From positions 1 to 53,911 of the IMG/VR virus record IMGVR_UViG_3300032272_000018: a stretch of DNA of 53,911 nt; one strand, 5' to 3'. Positions 6,108 to 15,037 of this stretch are shown one piece after another. Under the pieces are notes generated by a model. The model searched no databases, had not been told where the DNA came from, and saw nothing but the letters and a program-made list of their open reading frames with translations. Position numbers and translations under genes: made by a program. This DNA is from a virus. Its lineage: Duplodnaviria; Caudoviricetes. How positions within the stretch are numbered: the stretch's first letter is position 1; each line of letters opens with the position of its first letter.

Positions 6108-7670
6108 ATGCCAAACCATAAAAAAATAGAGAGATGCGTCACCGATATAGAGTGGCGTTTCGATAATCTATATTACATCATCAACAAGGACGGAAAGAGA
6201 GTTCTCTTTAAGAGGAATCCGTCCCAGATGGACCTGTGGCTGAATCGCTGGTACTGGAATATAATTCTCAAGGATCGCCAGCGAGGTTTCTCTACACTCA
6301 TAGCGATGATTATGGCTGACACAGTTTTTTGGAATAAAAACCAGAAATGCGGAATCATTGACATTACCCTGAAGGATGCAATGAGGAAGCTCGGTAAAAT
6401 AAAATATGCCTACGACAATCTCCCGGAGGATATCAAGGCGAAGAACCCGCTAATCACCGACTCGAAACAGGAACTTGTCTGGAAGAATGGCTCATCGGTT
6501 TATTGCGGAACTTCCCACCGTGGCGACACATTACAGATCCTCCATATCTCAGAGTTCGGGAAGATTTCTGCAAGAGCCCCTGAGCAGGCCAGGGAGATCA
6601 TTACAGGAGCCATCAACACCCTGAAGATAGGGCAGACACTGTTTATCGAGTCCACAGCAGAGGGCAAGTCGGGCCGGTTCTACGAGTATTGCCAAAAAGC
6701 TCAGGACATGATGTTGTCCAAGGCGAAGTTGACCAAACAAAGTTTCAAATTCTTTTTCTATGGATGGTGGGAAGACGGTAACGACAACGAGATGAATCCA
6801 GAAGGAGTATCCATCTCAAGAGATAATGAAAAATATTTTAAAAATTTAGAGCGAAAATTAAACATAACGCTCTCCGAACCAAAGAAGGCTTTTTACCAGA
6901 TCAAGTCTGATACCATGAAAGGGGATATGTGCCGAGAGTATCCAGGCACCCCCGCTGAGGCATTTGACGCTTCCATTGAAGGGGCATACCTCGCTTCAAA
7001 AATAAAAGAATTACGGAAGAAAGGGCAAATTTCAAACATTGTCCATGACCCTTCAAGTCCTGTAAACACTGCATGGGATATCGGGCTTAAAGACAACACG
7101 ACCTGCTGGCTCCACCAATACATAGAGAATCAGCACCGGTTCATTGGCTACATATCAGGAACAGACGAAGACATACTCTTCTACTGGGCCGAGCTTAGAA
7201 AGTTTAATTACATTTGGGGAAACCACTTCCTCCCTCATGATGGTGAAACTCGTAGATCCGGTAGCGCAGAGTCAGCTACCGAAAAGCCAAAGACCTTGAA
7301 GATGATCCTTGAGAAGGCCGGGATGCAAAACGTACACACAGTACCTCGTATCCCAAATAAATACATCTCCATTCAGGAAACAAAGTTATTTCTCCCTCAA
7401 TGCTTTATCTCGACAGCATGTGAGTCTCAGCCAAAGTGGAGCAAAGAGACCTCTGATACGTACAAAGGAGGCATCACTTGCTTAGAGAATTACCGCCATG
7501 AGTGGGACAAGAAGAATGGTTGCTGGAAGGACACCCCGGTTAAGGACTGGGCGGGGCACGGATATGACTCATTCGAGACCTTTGTCCGAGGATGGGCTGC
7601 TCATGGCGGGACCGTAGGTGGTCCGGCCCCGAAGATGAGAAAAAAACGACAACCAACCCCAGCATGGTAG
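6108..7670 (+). CDS. terL: Terminase large subunit
   Basis: Walker A variant LKDRQRGFST, Walker B LHISEF, motif III ESTAEG, nuclease motifs WDIG, LPHDG and HGYDSF. Confidence 0.95.
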   Translation: MPNHKKIERCVTDIEWRFDNLYYIINKDGKRVLFKRNPSQMDLWLNRWYWNIILKDRQRGFSTLIAMIMADTVFWNKNQKCGIIDITLKDAMRKLGKIKYAYDNLPEDIKAKNPLITDSKQELVWKNGSSVYCGTSHRGDTLQILHISEFGKISARAPEQAREIITGAINTLKIGQTLFIESTAEGKSGRFYEYCQKAQDMMLSKAKLTKQSFKFFFYGWWEDGNDNEMNPEGVSISRDNEKYFKNLERKLNITLSEPKKAFYQIKSDTMKGDMCREYPGTPAEAFDASIEGAYLASKIKELRKKGQISNIVHDPSSPVNTAWDIGLKDNTTCWLHQYIENQHRFIGYISGTDEDILFYWAELRKFNYIWGNHFLPHDGETRRSGSAESATEKPKTLKMILEKAGMQNVHTVPRIPNKYISIQETKLFLPQCFISTACESQPKWSKETSDTYKGGITCLENYRHEWDKKNGCWKDTPVKDWAGHGYDSFETFVRGWAAHGGTVGGPAPKMRKKRQPTPAW

Positions 7671-7676
7671 CAATAA

Positions 7677-10190
7677 ATGGCAACTGAAATAGAAAGCGCG
7701 CTCGCTGGCAACAACAGCGATGCCTATGCTGGCGAAGAAAACGAAAGTGCTTCTGCGCAGTCGACATTAAAGAAGAAGAGAAAATCTCCTCACGATATCC
7801 CGCTGACAGTTGAAGAGCTGGTGAACATCCGGTCAGAGATGATTGACCAGAACGCCTGGAGACGCAGGGCTGACCTCGAAAGTGACTACGCTGATAACAA
7901 CCAGCTAAGTGCCCCTGTAATGAAGAGGCTGAAAGACAGGGGTGTTCCTCCCGCCGTCGAGCCGCTGATCAAGACAGCCCTTAATGCTGTATCAGGAGTA
8001 GAGGTCAAGACACGAACAGACTTCGTTGTTCTTTCTGACAGCGATAGCTCATACGACCCAAATGACGAGGAGTATTTCACAAGGGTTGAGCAGGAAGATG
8101 ACAAGGTAAAGGCACTTGGACAGCGGCTTAAAAAAACAGAAATAAGATCAGGATGTGATCGCGCATGTACCGCTGGGTTTGAGGGGCTGCTGAAGGTTGG
8201 AGTCGGATGGGTCGAGATAGGCAAAGAGCAAGATCCTTACAAGTACCCTATCCGTGTAAACTCTGTCCATCGCAATGAGATGTGGTGGGACATGTCGAAC
8301 CCGGAAGATCGCCTGCTCAAGAAGGCAAAGTGGGTTGTCCGGGAAAAGAAGATTGTAATGAAAGGAGAAAACTTACTCTTCATTATCAATTCATTGAAAG
8401 GAAAAAGAAAAAAAGAAAGAGCTGCTGAGATGACTGGCGGAGGCGCCATGTCCCTGCTTGAATCATCTGACAATGCAGGGCTGGAGCTGAACGGAGTATG
8501 GGGATCTGACAGGGGATATGCTATTGAAGATGAAATCTTCAAGGATAAAACCCGCAAGGATACAGTGCTTACGGAGATACTGTATCGGCGATGGGCGGAA
8601 ACAGTCCTGCTGATGAAGGAAGATGGTGAATGTATAGAGTATGAGCCTGGCAACCCAGACCACTTGGCCATGATCGGACTAGGGGCAAAGGTTATCAAAA
8701 GAGTAACCAGCAGGGTCCGCCAAGCATATGCCATTGGCAATAATATATTCTACGACGAATTCTCTTCCATATTCCGTGACGAATTTCACTATGCCCCATT
8801 CTTTGGGTACCTAGAGGATAGAACCGGCACCCCATATGGAGAAGTCCGTGGAATGATTTACCTCCAGGATGAAGTGAACAGCCGGACAAGCAAGATGCAA
8901 TGGCTATTATCTGCTGTTCGCACCGTTCGACCAGACGGAATGTTTTTAGCTGATGACGATACCTTCAGAGACGAGGTTGGCAGGGCAGATGGAGATTTAG
9001 TTTTTTCTCCCGAGTTCGTTGACAAGTACCCTGGTGCAGCCAAGATGCTCAGTATCGACTTCATGCGTGACCTCACGCAAGAGCAGTACCTGCGACTTCA
9101 AGATGCCAGGGCTGCTTTATTTGCGGTGGTGGGGATCACCCCGGCTTTCCTTGGACAGACAAGCGGAGGGCAGGAATCAGCTTCAGGGTATAATCAGCTC
9201 ATAGAGCAGACAACGCAAGTTTTGGCAAAGCCGTTTGATTATTACAATAACGCCAGGAAAAATGTTGGAAATTTATTATTGATGCTTGAGGCTGAGTCCA
9301 TTCAGGAAAATGAAGCTGTCCTTATTAGGAACGAGTTCGGGGACGATAAGCTGATCGTGCTGAACCAGATTCCCTCTGAAGACAGCAAGCTCACCAATTC
9401 TGTTCAGCTGCACACCATGCACATAGAGCTGGCTGAGTTACCGAGCACCCCGACTTTCAAGAACCAGCAACTCATCTCGATGACAGAAGTTGTTAAGTCA
9501 GCTCCGGACGAGTTCAAGGCTGCTCTTTATCCACGTATGCTGGCGTTGATGCAGATCCATGACAGGGCTGAAGTGATAAAAGAAGTCCTTGCCAAGATGA
9601 AAACACCTTCCTCCGAGCAGATCCAGGAACAGATTGACGAGGGCGTAAATGCCGGACTGCAAGAGAAGATGTACGAGCTTGAGCTAAAGAAGCTCTCCTT
9701 GAAGGAAAGAGAGCTTGACATCAAGGAAGCTGAATCAGCGAGCAAGGTAGATAAAACAGATGCCGAGACTGACCACGAGATAGAGAAGATAAAACTTACA
9801 AAGGCGACAACAGGAAAGACATCGGGAGATCACAGCTTCTCGGCGATAACAACAGCCCGTGAGATTGTTGCCACACCAGAAGTTGTACCTATAGCTGACG
9901 AGCTTTACATTGGCCAGGGCGGGCAAGACCTTAACGATGCACCCACGTTCCTTCCTCCGGTGGTCGGGACAAGTCCTGGACTAGGAACTCCTGTGGCAGG
10001 GAAGCCTGTTGAGCCGGTAGTTACAGGCGGGCAGGAGGCTACAGCAGGGCAAGCAATTAACCCAAACACAAGCCCTAACTTTCCTCCGAGAGTAAGCGGG
10101 CAGGATGAGCAGCAACCAGCTACCGTTCTACCTGAAGTGCAGGAGGAAACACAGGAATCCCCTTTTGAAGGGATAGAGGGAGGGGGATGA
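7677..10190 (+). CDS. Portal protein (P22-like) with a long C-terminal extension
   Basis: 837 aa after TerL; DYADNNQ...RGVPP, GVGWVE, PYGEVRGMIYLQDEVNSR and SG..I motifs of podoviral portals. Confidence 0.88.
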   Translation: MATEIESALAGNNSDAYAGEENESASAQSTLKKKRKSPHDIPLTVEELVNIRSEMIDQNAWRRRADLESDYADNNQLSAPVMKRLKDRGVPPAVEPLIKTALNAVSGVEVKTRTDFVVLSDSDSSYDPNDEEYFTRVEQEDDKVKALGQRLKKTEIRSGCDRACTAGFEGLLKVGVGWVEIGKEQDPYKYPIRVNSVHRNEMWWDMSNPEDRLLKKAKWVVREKKIVMKGENLLFIINSLKGKRKKERAAEMTGGGAMSLLESSDNAGLELNGVWGSDRGYAIEDEIFKDKTRKDTVLTEILYRRWAETVLLMKEDGECIEYEPGNPDHLAMIGLGAKVIKRVTSRVRQAYAIGNNIFYDEFSSIFRDEFHYAPFFGYLEDRTGTPYGEVRGMIYLQDEVNSRTSKMQWLLSAVRTVRPDGMFLADDDTFRDEVGRADGDLVFSPEFVDKYPGAAKMLSIDFMRDLTQEQYLRLQDARAALFAVVGITPAFLGQTSGGQESASGYNQLIEQTTQVLAKPFDYYNNARKNVGNLLLMLEAESIQENEAVLIRNEFGDDKLIVLNQIPSEDSKLTNSVQLHTMHIELAELPSTPTFKNQQLISMTEVVKSAPDEFKAALYPRMLALMQIHDRAEVIKEVLAKMKTPSSEQIQEQIDEGVNAGLQEKMYELELKKLSLKERELDIKEAESASKVDKTDAETDHEIEKIKLTKATTGKTSGDHSFSAITTAREIVATPEVVPIADELYIGQGGQDLNDAPTFLPPVVGTSPGLGTPVAGKPVEPVVTGGQEATAGQAINPNTSPNFPPRVSGQDEQQPATVLPEVQEETQESPFEGIEGGG

Positions 10191-10368
10191 AGAAGAATCC
10201 AATTGACAGGCAGTTCAATGGCATACTGGCAAGCGGGCAATCAAGGCTGTCTGCCAGATATCAGCAGAGGCGTAGCGAAGGACATAGCCCTGAAATAAAC
10301 CGCAAGATAAGGGAGCGCAGGCCAGCTCCGAAAGATTATATAATTACCCCTGAACAGGAGGAGCAAAG

Positions 10369-11265
10369 ATGTCAGATGATGGCGGAATTAAAGAATTTAT
10401 GAACACACTCAATGTTGAACCAACTCGTGACGATCATGAGCCGGAAGTAAAAGAGGAGCAACCGGAGCAACCGGAGACCACTGCGATCGCAGGTCTTGCA
10501 GAAAAATTTACATCCTCGCTCACTGATATGACTGCAAACCAGCAGCGTATATTCGATAGCCTTCTCGAACAGGTGGCGAAGAATAATACCCCTGCTGAAG
10601 CGGCTATTGCTCAAGCAGCGGCACCGACAGCTGACCCGGTCTACGTGCCGAATCCTGCGCTTGAGCCGATGAAAACCTTTGACCCAGATTCCTATGCTGT
10701 CTTAGTTGCAAAAGATAAGGCTGATTTTGAAGCTAACCTTGCTCGTGATCGCAGGTTAATGGATGTCATTAACAAGCAGGCAGACCAGATTGACAACTTG
10801 ATCCAGGCGAACAATAACAACCTTGGGTATCTCGAAGAGAGTGTTGTTGGGGCAAAGCATGCGGATGCCTCTGTCACGGTGAAGTCCCCTGAATTCACGG
10901 CCTGGATTGACGAACAGAATCCAATTGTCAAAGATGCATATAATGATGTGCTTAAAACAGGAACCCCGGCAAACCGTATTCAGTTGCTTGACATGTTCAA
11001 GGAGCAGGCGACGGCCAATAAGGATGCCGCTGCACTGGACTCCGCCGCCAAGGGAGCCGAGGCTGGCAAAGCAAGTCTGCCTGCGCCGGGAAGTTTAACA
11101 GACTTTGAAAGCTCCAAGAGCGATCGCTCAAGAAGTGATAGACTTATTGACATGGTGGCCGATGAGGCTAAATTGTCGAAGTATCTAGCGTCCGCTAACG
11201 GAGACCCCGCCCAGATCCAGAGATTGAGCGAGAACCTGCTGAAGGCGATAGAGGACGAAATGTAA
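10369..11265 (+). CDS. Putative scaffolding protein
   Basis: Between portal and capsid; helical and acidic; KHADA....SPEF.AWI..Q motif; AGGAGG RBS. Confidence 0.7.
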   Translation: MSDDGGIKEFMNTLNVEPTRDDHEPEVKEEQPEQPETTAIAGLAEKFTSSLTDMTANQQRIFDSLLEQVAKNNTPAEAAIAQAAAPTADPVYVPNPALEPMKTFDPDSYAVLVAKDKADFEANLARDRRLMDVINKQADQIDNLIQANNNNLGYLEESVVGAKHADASVTVKSPEFTAWIDEQNPIVKDAYNDVLKTGTPANRIQLLDMFKEQATANKDAAALDSAAKGAEAGKASLPAPGSLTDFESSKSDRSRSDRLIDMVADEAKLSKYLASANGDPAQIQRLSENLLKAIEDEM

Positions 11266-11323
11266 GACGGATAACTGGCACAGTTTAGTTCAAAATAAAC
11301 AGAAGAAGTAACAAGGAGAAGAG

Positions 11324-12634
11324 ATGGGAGCGTCAACAGTAACACAAGGTGGGGCCGCTGCAATGATTGTGCAGTCGGCTACCATCATGACCATGAACCG
11401 AAGCCGACCGACTGCCTTTAACGGCATGACCGGCGCGCTTCCTAATCAGTCAAAGGCTGAAACCCTTGCAAGGGGAACCACTAAAATTCAGTCCGCTACA
11501 GGGATGCCTGTTGTCACTGCAAAAGACTTCATGGCTGGGGACGGGGACGAGATTGTTTTTGACTTTCTTCGTCCGCCTAAAATGATCCCCGTTATGGGGG
11601 ACAATATGGCGGAGGGCCGAGGGGTAGGATTCGATTTCGTTGATGATCGCTTCAGGATCAAGCAGGCCCGCTTCCCAATCAATCCAGGAAGTCGCTCGAC
11701 GCGAAAGCGGACAAAGCACGATATGAAGAAGTTTGGCAAGGCATTCGCCCAGCAAGCAGTGGACAATTACATTGATCAGCGGCTTTCTACCCAGATCTTT
11801 AGCGGGCGAGGGACTGTTGATAACATTGAGTGGGTAATTCCACTGACAGACAGTACCGAGCACAGCTTCAGCGATATCATGGTAAACCCTGTCAAGGCTC
11901 CGTCTCGTAATCGTCACTGGGTTTGCGAGAGTAGCGGGGCGAGCCTGGTTAAGCTCACTCCGGCTGCTGGCGAGATTAATATCTCAACCGCAGACATCTT
12001 CAATCGTGACCTGGTACAGACACTGGATGGATTGATGACCTATCTGGTCGCTGCCCCTCGTCACATCAGTGTTCCGGGTGACAAGATGGTCACTCAGCAG
12101 CCTGTTACCGTGCTTCTTGTGCCTAAGATCGCGTACAAGGCATTCATGGCGAATGCTGCATACCAGCAGCTTCGAGCAAATGCACTGACTCGCGCCACCA
12201 AGGCGGGTAACTCTCCGGTTTTTAACCAGACCGATGCTTACGATGCCAACTTCCTTATCATTCCTGTGCCCTGGCTCCATGCTTGGAAGGCAGGCGAGGA
12301 TGTCCCTTACTGCGCATCGACCACGTCCCAGACGGAGTCAACAGCAAAGGTTCCTGCTGCTTTCGGCACAACCCATGTGCTGTCAAGATGTGTTGTCTTG
12401 GGTGAAAGTGCAATTGGAGAAGCTTTCGGCACCTTTGACGACACTCAGTCCCCAATCTTCTACAACGAGAAAGATTTTGACCACGGCGACAAGATGGAAC
12501 AGCTTGCAGGCGTTTTGGGTGGCTGCTCAAAGATTCAGTACCTGATGGACTTCAACGGTACCGAGGAGTGGACAGACAACGGCCTTGTTACAGTTGACAT
12601 CGCTGTACCTATCCCTGACATCCAGGCTATTTAG
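11324..12634 (+). CDS. Major capsid protein, N4-gp56/DUF4043-like
   Basis: GD.I.FD, PVMGD..AEGRG, VNPVKAPSRNRH and E..FDHGDK.E motifs; synteny; AAGGAG RBS. Confidence 0.85.
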   Translation: MGASTVTQGGAAAMIVQSATIMTMNRSRPTAFNGMTGALPNQSKAETLARGTTKIQSATGMPVVTAKDFMAGDGDEIVFDFLRPPKMIPVMGDNMAEGRGVGFDFVDDRFRIKQARFPINPGSRSTRKRTKHDMKKFGKAFAQQAVDNYIDQRLSTQIFSGRGTVDNIEWVIPLTDSTEHSFSDIMVNPVKAPSRNRHWVCESSGASLVKLTPAAGEINISTADIFNRDLVQTLDGLMTYLVAAPRHISVPGDKMVTQQPVTVLLVPKIAYKAFMANAAYQQLRANALTRATKAGNSPVFNQTDAYDANFLIIPVPWLHAWKAGEDVPYCASTTSQTESTAKVPAAFGTTHVLSRCVVLGESAIGEAFGTFDDTQSPIFYNEKDFDHGDKMEQLAGVLGGCSKIQYLMDFNGTEEWTDNGLVTVDIAVPIPDIQAI

Positions 12635-12664
12635 TCAGGAATTTAGTCAGGAATTTAGTCAGGA
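12629..12664 (+). repeat. 12-bp tandem repeat ATTTAGTCAGGA x3 overlapping the capsid stop codon
   Basis: Directly visible; followed by a hairpin at 12678-12701. Confidence 0.9.
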
Positions 12665-12723
12665 GTTTACGCAAACAATATCCCGGCATTTGTCGGGATA
12701 TACATAAAATAAAAGGATATATA

Positions 12724-13203
12724 ATGGCTACATATTTCAAGAAGAATTGGAGCAAGAAGGCAGGACGGTACGGAGAGATGCCTAACGGCAACCAGATGGT
12801 CACCCGGTTGCGATTGGAGACAGACTCATCCGGTATCATGAAAGAGGTTACTGATGGAGCAGCCGCCGCAGTTGCTGTTGCTGACGTTATTGTCCTTGAT
12901 GAACTGCCGAAAGGCTTTGTTTGGCACGACGCGCTGGAGGTTATTTCTACAGCAGCAGGGCAGGCCGCTACAGTGAATGTTGGTTTCCGGTACTCTGACG
13001 GGGTTGACGATGCAACTTTCCCTCAAAGCGATACAGCATTTTTCTCCGCACTGGCACTGAACGCTACTTCTCGTGGTTCCACGGTATCGGTAAAGGAGAT
13101 GAAACCATTGCCAAAAGCCGCCAAGATTGTTGTGGTTGTTGCCGGGGCAGCCCTCTCCAGTGCGCTTGTTGCACAGTTCGTACTTCTGGGAGAACAAACA
13201 TGA
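12724..13203 (+). CDS. Putative capsid decoration/cement protein
   Basis: 159-aa beta-rich protein immediately after the MCP; DVIVL..LPKG...TVNVG pattern. Confidence 0.6.
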   Translation: MATYFKKNWSKKAGRYGEMPNGNQMVTRLRLETDSSGIMKEVTDGAAAAVAVADVIVLDELPKGFVWHDALEVISTAAGQAATVNVGFRYSDGVDDATFPQSDTAFFSALALNATSRGSTVSVKEMKPLPKAAKIVVVVAGAALSSALVAQFVLLGEQT

Positions 13204-13886
13204 TTGATAACAGATCCGGGATGGTTCCGATCATGTACGTAGGCCGGGCATTCGCCCGGCATACCGAGTGGCATGACCGGCTGTATGGCACAGGGGTCAT
13301 CTGGACAGAGGATAACAATATCCAGCTTGTCCCTAAAATCCCCGCTCAAAAGATGCTGAAGAACAATCCAGATTGTTACCGGAAAGCAGATGTCGGGGAT
13401 GTGAAGGACGGGATCAATGCAAAGTCTAACGCAAAGGCAAAGCTCGATATATCAGGAATCGAAAAGATGATTTCTGAACTCAGCGATATTGAGGTGCTGA
13501 TGAATTTCGCAAAGAGCGTTGACCCTTCAAAGGAACTTGACTCCTCCATCCCCTTGGCTGATTTGAAAAAAGAAGTCATCGGCATGGTCAGAGAAAAGGA
13601 GAAAAAGCGAGTCGAGAGCCAAGAGGTTGACCTTGAACGATTAATTAAATCAGGCAAGGAGACCTCCGACAGAGTAGCCGCTAACGAGAAAGCTGAGATG
13701 GATACTTCTGTTGCAAAGCAAGATTTGTTGAATATAATTAATGGCATGGATAACAAGGAGTCATTGATAGAATACGCAATGAGTAATCCAGACCTTGTAA
13801 ACGTTAATGTCGACAAGAGAAAAACTGTCGCAAAGATCCAAGAAGATATTATTGAAGGATTGAGAGCGGTAGGGAAGGTGTACTAA
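13200..13886 (+). CDS. Hypothetical virion-module protein
   Basis: ATGA-coupled ORF; N-terminal YVG...DRLYGTG..W motif. Confidence 0.7.
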   Translation: MIDNRSGMVPIMYVGRAFARHTEWHDRLYGTGVIWTEDNNIQLVPKIPAQKMLKNNPDCYRKADVGDVKDGINAKSNAKAKLDISGIEKMISELSDIEVLMNFAKSVDPSKELDSSIPLADLKKEVIGMVREKEKKRVESQEVDLERLIKSGKETSDRVAANEKAEMDTSVAKQDLLNIINGMDNKESLIEYAMSNPDLVNVNVDKRKTVAKIQEDIIEGLRAVGKVY

Positions 13887-13887
13887 T

Positions 13888-14538
13888 ATGTTACTGCCCG
13901 AAATGATAGGAAGGTTTCGCGCCAATGCCAGAGACAGGACTTTGCCCTATTTATGGTGTGATGATATCATTCGGGCACGTTTGCTTGAAGGACAGAGAGA
14001 GGTTGCGATACGCCAGCGGCTAATTCGCGACTCTGATTGCTCAATATGCACAATTCCTCTTTCTGTGGATCAGCGAAAAGCATATCTTCATCAATCTATA
14101 ATAAATATTGAATACGCAGATCTTTGGACTGATGACGTTTTTGATTCAAACTTGCAGATAATTGATCGTGGAACCCTGTCTCGTCTCGATAGTGAATGGA
14201 GAAAACTTACAGGGAAGCCTGAATATATTGTCAATGACGATAATTCTATCATTGTGTCTCCTTTGCCTAATGTAGCGTGCGAAATAAGACTCAGTGTGGT
14301 ACGATATCCGTTAGGGCCGGACACAGCAGAGATGGAGGTATCGTCAGAGCATCACGAGGCAATCGTTGACTATGCGCTGGCAATATCGTATGATGACCCT
14401 GACTCAGATGCATACGATGCCAGACGGGCTGAAAAATACATACGCTCCTTTGAAAGGAAGTATGGACCCCCTGTAGCTGGCGGGGCGCGGCGAAGGTCAG
14501 TTGCTTCGGCCCCTCATCGGAATACAGTTCAATTGTAA
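13888..14538 (+). CDS. Head-tail adaptor protein
   Basis: FR..ARD...PYLW.D, HEAIVDYAL..YDDPDSD.YD motifs; synteny. Confidence 0.7.
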   Translation: MLLPEMIGRFRANARDRTLPYLWCDDIIRARLLEGQREVAIRQRLIRDSDCSICTIPLSVDQRKAYLHQSIINIEYADLWTDDVFDSNLQIIDRGTLSRLDSEWRKLTGKPEYIVNDDNSIIVSPLPNVACEIRLSVVRYPLGPDTAEMEVSSEHHEAIVDYALAISYDDPDSDAYDARRAEKYIRSFERKYGPPVAGGARRRSVASAPHRNTVQL

Positions 14539-14555
14539 ATAATTTTGGAGAAAAA

Positions 14556-14795
14556 GTGAATTTAAACACAGCAACATCGGCAACAGCCGAAGACATCAAA
14601 GATGTTATGGATTACCATGAATGGACCCCTGAGCAGGTCGAGAATGGGACAAAGATCCGGGAAGCTCTTGGCGTGGCACTGAAGCTCATTATTGAAACTG
14701 TTCCTCCTTGCCCGGACCGGTCAGCTGCTATCCGTAAACTTCGTGACGCTCGAATGGATTGCAATTCGGCGATTACTCATAACGGGAAGTATTAG
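14556..14795 (+). CDS. Acb2/Tad1-family cyclic-nucleotide sponge-like protein
   Basis: 79 aa, GTG start with GGAG RBS; DYH...EQ...IRE...P.CPDRSAAIRKLRDARMDCNSAI matches the helical-hairpin pattern YH...P..RE.SLA.TKLEE..MWANAAI. Confidence 0.75.
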   Translation: MNLNTATSATAEDIKDVMDYHEWTPEQVENGTKIREALGVALKLIIETVPPCPDRSAAIRKLRDARMDCNSAITHNGKY

Positions 14796-14798
14796 CAG

Positions 14799-14829
14799 TT
14801 CAGTTGTTAAGTAATCCTTAACAACTGAA
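14799..14829. repeat. 13-bp perfect inverted repeat (TTCAGTTGTTAAG-TAATC-CTTAACAACTGAA)
   Basis: Directly visible between the two sponge-like genes. Confidence 0.85.
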
Positions 14830-14860
14830 AACTTTCTTAATAAATACGTAAGGATATATA

Positions 14861-15037
14861 ATGGACACCAGAGGCGGAGCGGCACTGGCTATGGCAAACG
14901 AAGGTTTCGATAAAATTGAGATATGCCCTCATATTGACACGCGTTCTGCTGACGGGAAATGCGTGGTCGGGTGGCTCGCCAGTCAAACTGATATGCTTGC
15001 TGAAGATTGGTGTATCGTGGGCGGAACTGCAAAATGA
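14861..15037 (+). CDS. DUF2829 / Tad2-like protein (58 aa, lacks the usual N-terminal part)
   Basis: Not in the ORF track; translated by hand as MDTRGGAALAMANEGFDKIEICPHIDTRSADGKCVVGWLASQTDMLAEDWCIVGGTAK. Signature GWLASQTDMLAEDW; AAGGA RBS; ATGA overlap with the next gene. Confidence 0.8.
   Translation: MDTRGGAALAMANEGFDKIEICPHIDTRSADGKCVVGWLASQTDMLAEDWCIVGGTAK

Noticed and set aside
5452-7670. Intron- or frameshift-split terL
   Set aside because: The two ORFs are homologous to each other and the second is complete, so this is a duplication rather than a split.
10187-10402. 71-aa ORF between portal and scaffold
   Set aside because: It overlaps the scaffold start and has no recognisable motif; it may be only the scaffold leader.
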